Counted from the stretch's first letter, positions 16,487 to 25,336 are shown. The stretch is DNA of 25,336 nucleotides from Actinomycetota bacterium (GCA_030841195.1 JAVEDA010000208.1:1-25336), one strand, 5' to 3'. The notes: generated by a model from the sequence alone, not told the origin. Made by a program: numbers and translations.

Positions 16487-16555
16487 GCGTCTCCCCCATG
16501 CGTCGGTCAGGTGCGACGGTACTGGGTGGCCCGGCAACGACCTACGATGCGCGAC

Positions 16556-17374
16556 GTGACGGACGTCCCACCAGCGCTGGTCGAGCGGGCCCTCGCGTTC
16601 ATGGACGCCGGCGATGCCGCCGAGGTTGCATCGCCCCGGCACGCGGCCACCGTGGTCCTGCTCCGAGACGTCGCCGCCGGACCGGAGGTCTACCTGCTGC
16701 GCCGGGCCGGGACGATGGCCTTCGCGGCCGGCATGCACGTGTTCCCGGGCGGCTCGGTCGACGCGCGGGATGGCGAGACGGCGACCGCTTGGAGCGGTCC
16801 GTCGGCCGGGCAGTGGGCGGCCTGGCTGGGCTGCGACGAGCCGCTGGCCCGGGCGCTGGTCTGCGCGGCCGTCCGGGAGACCTTCGAGGAGTCCGGTGTG
16901 CTGCTCGCGGGTCCGCACGCAGGCGATGTGGTCGCCGACACGACCGGCGACGACCTGGAGCGCGACCGGCTGTCATTGCTCGACCGCAGCGTGTCGATGG
17001 CCGAGATGCTGTCCCGACGCGGGCTGGTGCTGCGCAGCGACCTGCTCCGGCCGTGGGCGCACTGGATCACCCCAGAGTTCGAGCCCAAGCGGTTCGACAC
17101 CCGGTTCTTCGTGGCCGCGGTGCCGACCGGCCAGCGCCCGCGGGACGTCAGCGGCGAGGCCGACGACACGATCTGGCTGCCGGTGGCAGAGGCGGTGGCC
17201 CGGCACGACGCCGGCGGGCTCGCGATGCTGCCGCCCACCATCGTGGCCCTGCGCGAGATCTCGGCCTTCAGGTCGGTCGCCGAGGTGCTCGAGGCACCCC
17301 GGGAGGTCCGCCCGGTGCTGCCGCGGCTGGCCCGCGACGGCGACCGCCTGTGGCTGCAGCTGGAGGACTCGTGA
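16556..17374 (+). CDS. NUDIX hydrolase (NUDT19-like, long-insert type)
   Basis: AATVVLLRD, VFPGGSVD...AAVRETFEESGVLL, WITPEFEPKRFDTRFF and MLPPT; start GTG 16556 (alternative ATG 16547). Confidence 0.9.
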   Translation: MTDVPPALVERALAFMDAGDAAEVASPRHAATVVLLRDVAAGPEVYLLRRAGTMAFAAGMHVFPGGSVDARDGETATAWSGPSAGQWAAWLGCDEPLARALVCAAVRETFEESGVLLAGPHAGDVVADTTGDDLERDRLSLLDRSVSMAEMLSRRGLVLRSDLLRPWAHWITPEFEPKRFDTRFFVAAVPTGQRPRDVSGEADDTIWLPVAEAVARHDAGGLAMLPPTIVALREISAFRSVAEVLEAPREVRPVLPRLARDGDRLWLQLEDS

Positions 17375-18153
17375 CGGCGCTCCCCGGCTGGGCCGACCTG
17401 GTCCGGGCCGACAACCCGGGGCCGATGACGCTCGAGGGCACCAACACCTACGTGCTGCGGGCGGCGGGAGCCGGCGGGCACGAGGGCGCGATCGTGGTCG
17501 ACCCGGGCCCGCTGGACGAGCTGCACCTCGCGGCCGTGGTCGCCGCCGCGGACGGGCAAATCGGTCTCGTGCTGCTGACCCACGGCCACCCGGACCACTC
17601 CGACGGCGCCCTCCTGCTGCAGGAGATGACCGGTGCTCCGATGGCGGCGGCCGACCCGCGGTTCTGTGTGGGCGCCGAGCCGCTGCGGGCCGGCACCCAC
17701 TTCGACGGGGTCGCCGGACTCGACGTACGCGTCCTGGCGACCCCTGGGCACACCACTGACTCGGTCAGCTTCGTGGTGCCCGGCGACGAGCCCGGCCTGC
17801 TGACTGGCGACACCATCCTCGGGCGCGGCACCACGGTGGTCGCCCACCCCGACGGCCGGCTGGCCGACTACCTCGGGTCGCTGGCCGCCATCCGCGACCT
17901 GCCCGGGCCGCTCGCCCTGCTGCCGGGCCACGGCCCCGCGGGCGGCGTCGCGGGCGAGCGGTCCGCTGCCTACCTGGCGCACCGGGCCGAGCGGCTGGCC
18001 CAGGTGCGGGCCGCGCTGGCCGCCGGCGACACCACCCCCCAGCAGGTCGTACGCCGGGTCTACGCCGACGTCGACGAGTCGCTGTGGCCGGCCGCCGAGC
18101 TCTCGGTGCGGGCCCAGCTCGACTACCTGGCGGAGACCGAACCGTCCCCCTGA
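17371..18153 (+). CDS. MBL-fold metallo-hydrolase (LACTB2/Rv3677c-like)
   Basis: NPGPMTLEGTNTY, THGHPDH, TPGHT, TGD, PGHG and YLAHRAER; GTGA overlap with the NUDIX gene. Confidence 0.93.
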   Translation: MTALPGWADLVRADNPGPMTLEGTNTYVLRAAGAGGHEGAIVVDPGPLDELHLAAVVAAADGQIGLVLLTHGHPDHSDGALLLQEMTGAPMAAADPRFCVGAEPLRAGTHFDGVAGLDVRVLATPGHTTDSVSFVVPGDEPGLLTGDTILGRGTTVVAHPDGRLADYLGSLAAIRDLPGPLALLPGHGPAGGVAGERSAAYLAHRAERLAQVRAALAAGDTTPQQVVRRVYADVDESLWPAAELSVRAQLDYLAETEPSP

Positions 18154-18167
18154 CCCGCCGCCGCTTG

Positions 18168-18247
18168 CAAGATCGTTCGCGACGTTTGCGCGCAACACGC
18201 CGCACCCAAGCGCGGCGTGTTCCTGCGGAAGGTCGCGAACGATCTTG
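18168..18247. repeat. 80-bp long imperfect hairpin (REP/MITE-like or bidirectional terminator)
   Basis: CAAGATCGTTCGCGAC (18168-18183) / GTCGCGAACGATCTTG (18232-18247) perfect; inner AACACGCCGC / GCGGCGTGTT perfect. Confidence 0.7.
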
Positions 18248-18296
18248 GTACGGCGGTCAGCGAGGTACGGCGGTCAGCGAGTCCGGCGGTCAGCCG
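18247..18296. repeat. 17-bp tandem repeat, two exact copies plus one degenerate copy containing the crp stop
   Basis: GGTACGGCGGTCAGCGA at 18247-18263 and 18264-18280; GTCCGGCGGTCAGCCG at 18281-18296. Confidence 0.8.
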
Positions 18297-18988
18297 GCGC
18301 GGCGGGTGAGGCGCTCGACGTCGAGGATGACGACCGCGCGGCCCTCCAGCCGGAGGAACCCGCGGCCGGCGAAGTCGGCCAGTGCCTTGTTCACGGTCTC
18401 CCGAGAGGCCCCCACCAGCTGGGCGAGCTCCTCCTGGGTGAGGTCGTGGGTGACCCGGACGCCGTCGTCGGTCGGCACGCCGAACCGGCGGGCGAGGTCC
18501 AGCAGCGCCTTGGCGACCCGGCCGGGCACGTCGCTGAACACGAGGTCGGCCATCGCCTCGTTGGTGCGGCGCAGCCGGCGGGCCAGGGCGGCGAGCAGCT
18601 TGTTCGCCACCTCGGGGTGCTGCGCCAGCCAGGGCTGCAGGTCGGCGTTGCCGAGCCCGATCAGGGTGGTGTCGGTGACCGCGGTGGCCGTGGCGGTGCG
18701 CGGGCCCGGGTCGAACAGCGAGAGCTCGCCGAACATCTCGCCCGGCCCCATCACGGCCAGCAGGTTCTCCCGGCCGTCCGCGGCGGTGCGGCCGAGCTTG
18801 ACCTTGCCTTCGGTGACCACGTAGAGCCGGTCACCGGGGTCGCCCTCGTCGAACAGCGACTGGCCGCGGGGGAGGTGCACCTCGGCCATCTGGGCCCGGA
18901 GCTCCTGCTGAGCCGCCGGCTCGAGGGCGGCGAAGAGCGGTGACCTGCCCAGGCCTTCGACCGGCTCGTCCTCGAACGACCTGTCCAT
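18290..18988 (-). CDS. crp: cAMP receptor protein (Crp/GlxR ortholog)
   Basis: [48 protein letters not shown] and [23 protein letters not shown]; GAGGAGG SD; conserved position. Confidence 0.96.
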   Translation of the reverse strand: MDRSFEDEPVEGLGRSPLFAALEPAAQQELRAQMAEVHLPRGQSLFDEGDPGDRLYVVTEGKVKLGRTAADGRENLLAVMGPGEMFGELSLFDPGPRTATATAVTDTTLIGLGNADLQPWLAQHPEVANKLLAALARRLRRTNEAMADLVFSDVPGRVAKALLDLARRFGVPTDDGVRVTHDLTQEELAQLVGASRETVNKALADFAGRGFLRLEGRAVVILDVERLTRRAG

Positions 18989-19063
18989 GCGTGTGTGCCT
19001 CCTCGAACCAGGCCCCGATGCGGGCCAGTCTGCCGCACCCAGGGGGTCAGGCGGCGACCAGCG

Positions 19064-19609
19064 TCAGGCGACGTCGCTGGTGGGGGGCAGCGGCAGGGCG
19101 CAGAGGGCCAGCGCGGGCTGTTCGCGGTAGCGGGCGATCAGCTCACTGGTGGCGTCGTCCAGCCGCTCGTGCAGGGCGCGGCGGTAGGCGGAGAGCTCGA
19201 CCTCGGCGGCGGCCAGCCGGACCACCATGTCGTCGTCCGCGGAGTCCCCGGCGCTGCCGGCACCGGACTCCCACAGCACGGTCAGGTCGGGCAGCGGCGG
19301 CACGCCCGCCGCGTCGTGCACCGTGTGCACCGCCAGGCGACGGCTCGACTCCTGGTGCTGGGACAGCACGGACTGCAGCTTCGGGGCCGGCGTGCGCTCG
19401 TCGCCACGACCGACTCTGGTGTCCAGGCGCGCCTGCAGGATGCGGCGCCAGTAGGAGACCCGGGACTCCTCGGTCAGCAGGTCCTGCCGGTACACGCGGA
19501 GGGCGCTGAGCTCGAGGTGCTCCAGGTGGGGCACCCGCTGCGCCGGGCGCCGGCTGGCCGCCGGGCGGCGGTCGTAGCCGGTGCTGCGAGTCGTGGTGCG
19601 GGTGGTCAC
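19064..19609 (-). CDS. rsiG: RsiG-like c-di-GMP-binding anti-sigma factor (twin-motif)
   Basis: ExxxSxxRxxxQxxxD in EESRVSYWRRILQARLD, a second copy E-VEL-S-AY-R-RAL-H-ERL-D, then ELIARYRE; AGGAGG SD before GTG 19609. Confidence 0.78.
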   Translation of the reverse strand: MTTRTTTRSTGYDRRPAASRRPAQRVPHLEHLELSALRVYRQDLLTEESRVSYWRRILQARLDTRVGRGDERTPAPKLQSVLSQHQESSRRLAVHTVHDAAGVPPLPDLTVLWESGAGSAGDSADDDMVVRLAAAEVELSAYRRALHERLDDATSELIARYREQPALALCALPLPPTSDVA

Positions 19610-19745
19610 GTCGAGCCTCCTGACCGGTGCTCCGCATGGCAGGGAGTCGGGGCCGGTCCACACCGGGATCGTCGGGTCTCGCAACCGGCTTGAGGGCAGG
19701 TCACCCGTACGGGTCACGGTCGGATCCGGACCGTAGGCTCTGCTC

Positions 19746-20483
19746 GTGACCAGCAGCCGCCCCTCCGTCCGGGCCGACGAGACCCCGCTGGCCCGCACCC
19801 GGCGGGCCCGCCGGATCGACAAGATCCTGGCCGAGACCTACCCGGACGCCCACTGCGAGCTCGACTTCAGCACCCCGCTGGAGCTGGCGGTGGCCACCAT
19901 CCTGTCTGCGCAGTCCACCGACGTGGGCGTCAACAAGGTGACGCCGGCGCTGTTCGCGAAGTACCCCACGGCCGCCGACTACGCCGCCGCCGACCGGGCC
20001 GAGCTCGAAGAGATGATCCACTCCACCGGCTTCTTCCGGGCCAAGACAAACTCGCTGATCGGGCTGGGCCAGGCCCTCGTCGAGCGGTACGACGGGGAGG
20101 TGCCGCCGCGGCTGCGCGACCTGGTCACCCTGCCGGGGATCGGCCGCAAGACGGCCAACGTGATCCTGGGCAACGCGTTCGGCGTCCCCGGCATCACCGT
20201 CGACACGCACTTCGGCCGGCTGGCCCGCCGGTTCGGCTGGACCACGCAGGACGACCCGGTCAAGGTCGAGCACGAGGTCGGCGCGCTGTTCCCGAAGCGG
20301 GACTGGACCATGCTCAGCCACCGGCTGATCTTCCACGGCCGGCGGATGTGCCATGCCCGCAAGCCGGCCTGCGGGGTCTGCCCGGTGGCCCGCCTCTGCC
20401 CGGCGTACGGCGAGGGAGAGCTGGACCCGGTCAAGGCCGCGAAGCTGGTCAAGTCCCCGGCCGAGGTGGCGACATCGGCGTGA
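19746..20483 (+). CDS. nth: Endonuclease III
   Basis: [25 protein letters not shown] (HhH), VDTH and the [17 protein letters not shown] 4Fe-4S motif. Confidence 0.97.
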   Translation: MTSSRPSVRADETPLARTRRARRIDKILAETYPDAHCELDFSTPLELAVATILSAQSTDVGVNKVTPALFAKYPTAADYAAADRAELEEMIHSTGFFRAKTNSLIGLGQALVERYDGEVPPRLRDLVTLPGIGRKTANVILGNAFGVPGITVDTHFGRLARRFGWTTQDDPVKVEHEVGALFPKRDWTMLSHRLIFHGRRMCHARKPACGVCPVARLCPAYGEGELDPVKAAKLVKSPAEVATSA

Positions 20484-21097
20484 CCCAGCGAGCGGGCCGC
20501 GTCGGGCCGGTCGCGGCCACGGTGCCGGCGCTGCTGGCGCTGCTCGGGCTGCTGGCCGGCTGCACCGCCGACGCGGCTCAGCCGAAGCGCGAGGGTGCCG
20601 CGCACAGCACGGCGAGCCCAGCGGCGTACGTGCTGCCGGAGTGCCCGCGGCTGCCCGCGGCGAAGCCGGTCGACGGTGGCCTGCCGGACCTGCGGCTGCC
20701 CTGCCTGGGCGGCGGCCCGTCGGTGGACCTCGCGGACCTGCGCGGCACGCCGACGGTGCTCAACGTGTGGGCCGCCTGGTGCGAGATCTGCAACGAGGAG
20801 ATGCCGGTGCTCGCGGCGGGGATGCGCCGGGCCGGCGACCGGGTGCGGTTCTTCGGCGTCCACTACAACGCGGCGGAGAAGTACGGCGAGCAGTCCGCCG
20901 CAGACTTCGGGGTGCCGTTCGCGTCGGTGCACGACGAGGACGGCGACCGGGTCGCCCGCGGGCTCCGCGTCGCCGGGCCGCCGCAGACCTTCTTCGTCAC
21001 CGCCGACGGCAAGGTCGCCGGCCGCAAGGTCGGCGCGATCCAGTCGCAGGCGGAGCTCGACCAGCTGGTCCAGCGCTATCTCGGTGTCCGGCTGTGA
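20480..21097 (+). CDS. TlpA-like thiol-disulfide oxidoreductase lipoprotein
   Basis: Lipobox [15 protein letters not shown] (CxxC) and GPPQTFFV; GTGA overlap with nth. Confidence 0.9.
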   Translation: MTQRAGRVGPVAATVPALLALLGLLAGCTADAAQPKREGAAHSTASPAAYVLPECPRLPAAKPVDGGLPDLRLPCLGGGPSVDLADLRGTPTVLNVWAAWCEICNEEMPVLAAGMRRAGDRVRFFGVHYNAAEKYGEQSAADFGVPFASVHDEDGDRVARGLRVAGPPQTFFVTADGKVAGRKVGAIQSQAELDQLVQRYLGVRL

Positions 21098-21819
21098 CGG
21101 ACCCAGACCGGGAGCAGAGTGGCGGGCTCGAGCCGGCGTACGACCGGCTGCCCGAGTGGCTGCGCCCGCTCGCGCACGCGGCGCTGCACGTGCGGCCCGA
21201 GGAGCTGAGCCGGTTCCTGCCGCCGGAGGAGGGCGGCCGCGAGTCGGCGGTGCTCATGCTGTTCGGCGAGTCGCGACCCGGCTGGGACGGGGCCGACGTG
21301 CTGCTGATCGAGCGCGCCCACGACATGCGCAGCCACGCCGCGCAGGTGGCCTTCCCCGGCGGGGCGGTCGACCCCGGGGACGAGGACGTGGTCGCTGCCG
21401 CGCTGCGCGAGTCGGTCGAGGAGACCGGGCTCGACCCCGCGGGCGTGGACGTCATCGGGACGTTGCCCGCGCTGTTCCTGCCGCCCAGCGGGTACGTGGT
21501 CACGCCGGTGCTCGGCTGGTGGCGCGACCCGTCGCCGGTGTCTGTGGTTGACACCCGTGAGGTGGCGTCGGTGCACCGGGTGCCGCTGGCCGAGCTGCTC
21601 GACCCGGCCAACCGTTTCCAGGTCGGCCACCCCAGCGGGTACGTCGGCGCGGCGTTCGACGCGGCCGGGCTGCTGGTCTGGGGCTTCACCGCGGGCCTGC
21701 TGGACCGGATGCTCCGGCTGGCCGGCTGGGAGCTGCCGTGGGACCGCACCGACGTGCGCGGCCTGCCGGCCGACCAGCTGCCCCGGATCCTGCCCGACGG
21801 CGAGGTGGGCAGCCGGTGA
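21094..21819 (+). CDS. NUDIX CoA pyrophosphatase (Rv3672c-like)
   Basis: RESAVLMLF, ERAHDMRSHAAQVAFPGG...AALRESVEETG and VWGFTAG. Confidence 0.92.
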   Translation: MTDPDREQSGGLEPAYDRLPEWLRPLAHAALHVRPEELSRFLPPEEGGRESAVLMLFGESRPGWDGADVLLIERAHDMRSHAAQVAFPGGAVDPGDEDVVAAALRESVEETGLDPAGVDVIGTLPALFLPPSGYVVTPVLGWWRDPSPVSVVDTREVASVHRVPLAELLDPANRFQVGHPSGYVGAAFDAAGLLVWGFTAGLLDRMLRLAGWELPWDRTDVRGLPADQLPRILPDGEVGSR

Positions 21820-22997
21820 ACTGGCTGGACATCGCGTTGCTGGTGTCGGCAGTCTCGTTCGCCTTCTCCGGCTACCGGCAGGGGTTCGTGGCCGGGGTGC
21901 TGGCGTTCACCGGCTTCCTGATCGGCGGCGTGGCCGGCCTGCTGCTCGCGCCGCGGGTGGTCTCCTCGCTGGACCCCGGTACCGGCCAGTCGCTGCTGGC
22001 GGTGGGCATCGTGCTGCTGGCGGCGACCGTCGGGCAGGTGGCGCTGGGCTGGGTCGGCGCGGTGGTCCGGGCCCGGATCACCTGGCGGCCGGCCCGGATG
22101 GTCGACGCCGGGATGGGCGCCGCCGTGAGCGTGATCGCGATGCTCGTCATCACCTGGTTCCTGGCGTCGTCGCTGCGGCCGGGACCGCTGCCGTCCCTGT
22201 CGCGGCAGATCAGCGACTCGCGGGTCGTCACGGCGGTCGACCAGGTGATGCCCGAGCGGGCCCGCACGCTGTTCTCCTCGTTCCGCCAGGTGCTCGACGA
22301 CAACGAGCTGCCGACCGTGTTCGGCGGCCTCTCCCCGGAGCGGATCCGCTCGGTGCAACCGCCCGAGCCCGGCATCACGTCCACCGCCGCGGTGCGCCGG
22401 GCCGCGGCCAGCGTGGTGGAGATCAGCGGCACCGCGGCCGAGTGCAGCCGGCGGCTGGACGGCAGCGGCTTCGTCATCGCGCCGAAGCACGTGCTCACCA
22501 ACGCCCACGTGGTGGCCGGCGTCGACCGGCCGCAAGTGAGGGTGGGCGGGGCCGGGCCGCGGCTCGCCGCCCGGGTCGTCGTCTTCGATCCCCGCCGCGA
22601 CCTTGCTGTCCTCTACGTGCCCGACCTGTCGGCGCCCGCGCTGGACCTCGACGACTCGGGCGGCCGCGGCGACCAGGCGGTCGTCGCCGGCTTCCCCGGC
22701 GGCGGTCCGTTCCGGCTCGGTGCGGCCCGCATCCGCGACACTCTCAACGCCCGCGGCGCCGACATCTACCACCGCACGCAGACCACCCGCGAGGTCTTCT
22801 CGCTGTACGCCGATGTGGAGCCGGGCAACTCCGGCGGTCCGCTGCTCAGCCTGAAGGGTGACGTGTACGGCGTCATCTTCGCGAAGTCGCTGGACGACTC
22901 GCTGACCGGTTACGCCCTGACGGTCGACGAGGCCCGCCCCGTGGTCAAGGCCGGCCGCAATGCCACCGCTGCGGTCGACACCGACACCTGCGCCTGA
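21816..22997 (+). CDS. marP: MarP-family membrane serine protease (CvpA-like TM domain + trypsin-like domain)
   Basis: MNWLDIALLV TM region; TNAHVV, RDLAVL and GNSGGP triad; Cys pair ECSRR / DTCA. Confidence 0.93.
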   Translation: MNWLDIALLVSAVSFAFSGYRQGFVAGVLAFTGFLIGGVAGLLLAPRVVSSLDPGTGQSLLAVGIVLLAATVGQVALGWVGAVVRARITWRPARMVDAGMGAAVSVIAMLVITWFLASSLRPGPLPSLSRQISDSRVVTAVDQVMPERARTLFSSFRQVLDDNELPTVFGGLSPERIRSVQPPEPGITSTAAVRRAAASVVEISGTAAECSRRLDGSGFVIAPKHVLTNAHVVAGVDRPQVRVGGAGPRLAARVVVFDPRRDLAVLYVPDLSAPALDLDDSGGRGDQAVVAGFPGGGPFRLGAARIRDTLNARGADIYHRTQTTREVFSLYADVEPGNSGGPLLSLKGDVYGVIFAKSLDDSLTGYALTVDEARPVVKAGRNATAAVDTDTCA

Positions 22998-23017
22998 CCC
23001 AGCCCCCGCCTCCCCCT

Positions 23018-23056
23018 TCCGCCCCTGCCGCCGTTGACGTGGTCAACAGGGGCGGA
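23018..23056 (+). terminator. Bulged hairpin after marP
   Basis: TCCGCCCCTG...GTTGAC-gtg-GTCAAC-AGGGGCGGA. Confidence 0.5.
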
Positions 23057-23170
23057 GCAGATCGGCTGGCGGACTGGTGACAGGGGGGCATTCCGGCTGG
23101 GGAACGTCCGGAACCGGACCTAACCTGCGGGCGACATCACCGACGAGACGTTGCGCGGAAGGAACCGAGC

Positions 23171-23554
23171 ATGCGCTCACGAATGGACGGCATGTGGTGG
23201 GGAACCGCCATCGAGGCCCCGGACCCCAGCAGCCTGGCGAGGTTCTACTCCGACCTGCTTGGCTGGCCGATCGGGCACGAGGAGCCGGGCACGGCCATCC
23301 TGGCCGCTCCGGAAGGCTCCATCTACATCGTCTTCCAGCAGGCGACCGACTACAAGGCCCCGGTCTGGCCGCCCGCCGACGGGGAGCAGCGTCCGATGAT
23401 GCACTTCGACTTCCAGGTCGGAGATCTCGGCTCCGCGGTCGACGAGGCGCTCGCCCTGGGAGCCACGCTGGCGACGCACCAGCCGCAGGAGAACGTGCGG
23501 GTGCTCCTCGACCCGGCCGGGCACCCGTTCTGCCTCTGCCGGGACGACGGCTAG
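23171..23554 (+). CDS. VOC/glyoxalase-like protein
   Basis: DPSSLARFYSDLLGW, IVFQQA, QRPMMHFDFQV, EALALGA and RVLLDPAGHPFCL. Confidence 0.9.
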   Translation: MRSRMDGMWWGTAIEAPDPSSLARFYSDLLGWPIGHEEPGTAILAAPEGSIYIVFQQATDYKAPVWPPADGEQRPMMHFDFQVGDLGSAVDEALALGATLATHQPQENVRVLLDPAGHPFCLCRDDG

Positions 23555-23572
23555 TCCGCAGCCGGCGAGGCT

Positions 23573-24568
23573 TTAGAGGTGGAGCTGCCACTCGACCCCG
23601 GTGAGGAGCACCTGGTAGCCGAGCAGCTCGTTCACGCCGACCATGTGCGTGTTCGACACGGCGTTCCAGGTATCCATCTCGCGCAGCTGGGGCTCCTGCT
23701 CGCGCAGCCAGCGCAGCATCGCGACCTTCAGCAGCACGCCGAGCCGGTGCCCGCGGTGGTCCCGGACGACGCTGGTGTCGTACTGCTCCGCGTGCCACGG
23801 CTGCTCGGAGTCGACCGACACGACAGTGACGCCGGCCAACGTGCCGGTGGCGGTCTCGCGGGCGACGAGCCGGTAGGTGCGGCGGCCCAGGAGCTCCTGC
23901 ATGTGCTCTGACGCCAGGAGCCGCTCGGGCGTGAAGGTCTCGTCCTCGATGTCGAGGCCGTCTGTCGGAGCATCGTTGATCGCTGACGTCAGCTCGCAGA
24001 CTGCCGACTGCATCGACTCCGGGACCCGACCAGGCAGCCGGACGAGCTCGTAGGCGGCGGCGTGCGCGCTCGCCTCGTCGTACGCCGTGTCCAGGCGAGC
24101 CCAGTCCAGTGCGGTCAGGTCCTGCCGGCGCTGGGCGACGTCCTGGGCCCGCTCGAACCCCAGGGCGGCGGCGAAGCCGACCGCCGGGCCGTAGTCGACG
24201 GACTCGGTCAGGACCATCGTGCGACCCTCCCTCCGAACCCGCTGCACCCCGGCCTGGAAGAGGGCACGGCCGATGCCCTGCCGGCGGTGACCGGGGTCGA
24301 CCCGTACGTCGAGGAGGCCGAGGTGCCGGTTGTCCCAGCACGGCAGGTCGATCCGGAGCAGCCCGACCGGTCGGCCGGTCTCGTCGCGCAGCAGGGCCGC
24401 TTCGGTCGGCTCCGCGTCCCAGCCGTAGGTCAGGTTGGCCGTCAACGACCGGGTCGAGTCGGTCATCCACATGGGGGTGTCGACGCGGCGCACGGCCTCG
24501 GTGACAGCGACGGCGCCCGCCACGTCGCGCGGGTCGAGGCGGGTGCGGTCCAGCCAGGTCAGGGTCAC
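23573..24568 (-). CDS. Tandem-GNAT acetyltransferase
   Basis: VDPGHRRQGIGRAL and TSVVRDHRGHRLGVLLK...TWNAVSNTHMVGVNELLGY; start placed at GTG 24568. Confidence 0.87.
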   Translation of the reverse strand: MTLTWLDRTRLDPRDVAGAVAVTEAVRRVDTPMWMTDSTRSLTANLTYGWDAEPTEAALLRDETGRPVGLLRIDLPCWDNRHLGLLDVRVDPGHRRQGIGRALFQAGVQRVRREGRTMVLTESVDYGPAVGFAAALGFERAQDVAQRRQDLTALDWARLDTAYDEASAHAAAYELVRLPGRVPESMQSAVCELTSAINDAPTDGLDIEDETFTPERLLASEHMQELLGRRTYRLVARETATGTLAGVTVVSVDSEQPWHAEQYDTSVVRDHRGHRLGVLLKVAMLRWLREQEPQLREMDTWNAVSNTHMVGVNELLGYQVLLTGVEWQLHL

Positions 24569-24572
24569 CCAG

Positions 24573-25091
24573 TCAGGAAAGCGGCTGTCGGTCGCCACCG
24601 CGACCGAATTCCGACCGGCGTCGCTGGGTCGTGATCCAGTTCGTCGCCCACGTGTCGCCGCCGTCGCGGGAGAACGCCTGCTCGAACCGTGGCTCGACGG
24701 CCTCGGCGAACCAGGAGTACCGGACCCGGACCGGCTGGCCGCCCACGACGTCGTCGCACTCGAAGGTCCCCTGCCCGTCGTCGAACCGGCCGACGACCGG
24801 CTCGTCGAAGACACCCGGCGCCCGGGTCGAGGACCACCAGATGCGCCACGTGTCGGTCCCGGGGTCGTACAGCCGCAAGGTGAAGCCCTCGAACGCCTCG
24901 GCGCCGTCCGCCGCCGGCATGAACAACCGGTCGATGTTGCCGAGACCGCCGAGGACCGGGAACGCCTCGGACGTCCCCTCGCTCTCGACCCACTCGGTGC
25001 AGTCCGGGTCGGTCGTGTCCCGCAGCTTCCGCAGGTGGAAGGTCCAGCTGCCGTGCAGGAAGTCGAAGTCGTGGGCTCCGTTGCTCGTCAC
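24573..25091 (-). CDS. DUF1579-like hypothetical protein
   Basis: HDFDFLHGSW...LGGLGNID...TLRLYDP...WRIWW...GRFDDGQG...FEQAFSRDGGDTW.TNW; start GTG 25091 or ATG 25103. Confidence 0.78.
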   Translation of the reverse strand: MTSNGAHDFDFLHGSWTFHLRKLRDTTDPDCTEWVESEGTSEAFPVLGGLGNIDRLFMPAADGAEAFEGFTLRLYDPGTDTWRIWWSSTRAPGVFDEPVVGRFDDGQGTFECDDVVGGQPVRVRYSWFAEAVEPRFEQAFSRDGGDTWATNWITTQRRRSEFGRGGDRQPLS

Positions 25092-25131
25092 GGTCGCGAG
25101 CATGCTGCGGCCCACCGACAAAGCGCTCTGG

Positions 25132-25336
25132 TCAGCCGCGCAGGCGCAGGGTTCGGGGCGGTTCGCCGTCCACCAACGGCTCGCTGGCCAGCGACCGGCC
25201 GGCGGCGACCACACCAGGCACGTCGATGCCGTACGGCGGCGCGCCGGCGTACGGCTCGATCCGGGCGGCGCCGCGCTGCAGCAGGGTCGAGGCCCCGGTC
25301 GGGTTGCCGCGGGCCCGGTGGGTCAGCCCGACCGCC
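25132..25336 (-). CDS. DUF309-family protein, C-terminal part (5' end outside the window)
   Basis: Manual translation AVGLTHRARGNPTGASTLLQRGAARIEPYAGAPPYGIDV...; stop at 25132-25134. Confidence 0.72.
   Translation of the reverse strand, partial: AVGLTHRARGNPTGASTLLQRGAARIEPYAGAPPYGIDVPGVVAAGRSLASEPLVDGEPPRTLRLRG

Noticed and set aside
18247-18296. CRISPR array
   Set aside because: Repeats are head-to-tail with no spacers, and there are no cas genes.
23160-23169. AGGAACCGAG shared with the peptide gene's upstream region (about 3350-3359)
   Set aside because: A 10-nt match overlapping SD-like sequence; most simply chance.

Overview
A high-GC actinobacterial chromosome segment, non-mycobacterial in gene content; the taxon cannot be fixed from sequence alone. 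The backbone (about 6.4-23.0 kb) is the conserved actinobacterial locus: tRNA-Pro(CGG), metallophosphoesterase, yqeY, ponA2-like PBP, wblA/whiB4, paired ArsA/Get3 ATPases, DUF4177, RidA, NUDIX, MBL-fold hydrolase, crp, nth, TlpA, CoA-NUDIX and marP. It carries three insertions relative to the gene order I know from Mycobacterium/Streptomyces: GNAT+hydrolase+SDR, a MerR regulator, and a twin-motif RsiG-like c-di-GMP anti-sigma. Accessory genes lie downstream of the tRNA 3' end (1-6.4 kb) and after marP (23.0-25.3 kb). The best candidate for an undescribed system is at 3.36-5.96 kb. An unannotated 56-aa acidic peptide is followed by a GAF-only protein and a translationally coupled, propeptide-less cytoplasmic S8 protease, with a convergent second Crp-family regulator whose recognition helix is altered. 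A hairpin just after the peptide stop could sequester the GAF gene's Shine-Dalgarno. All functional calls come from motif recognition; no database searches were run.
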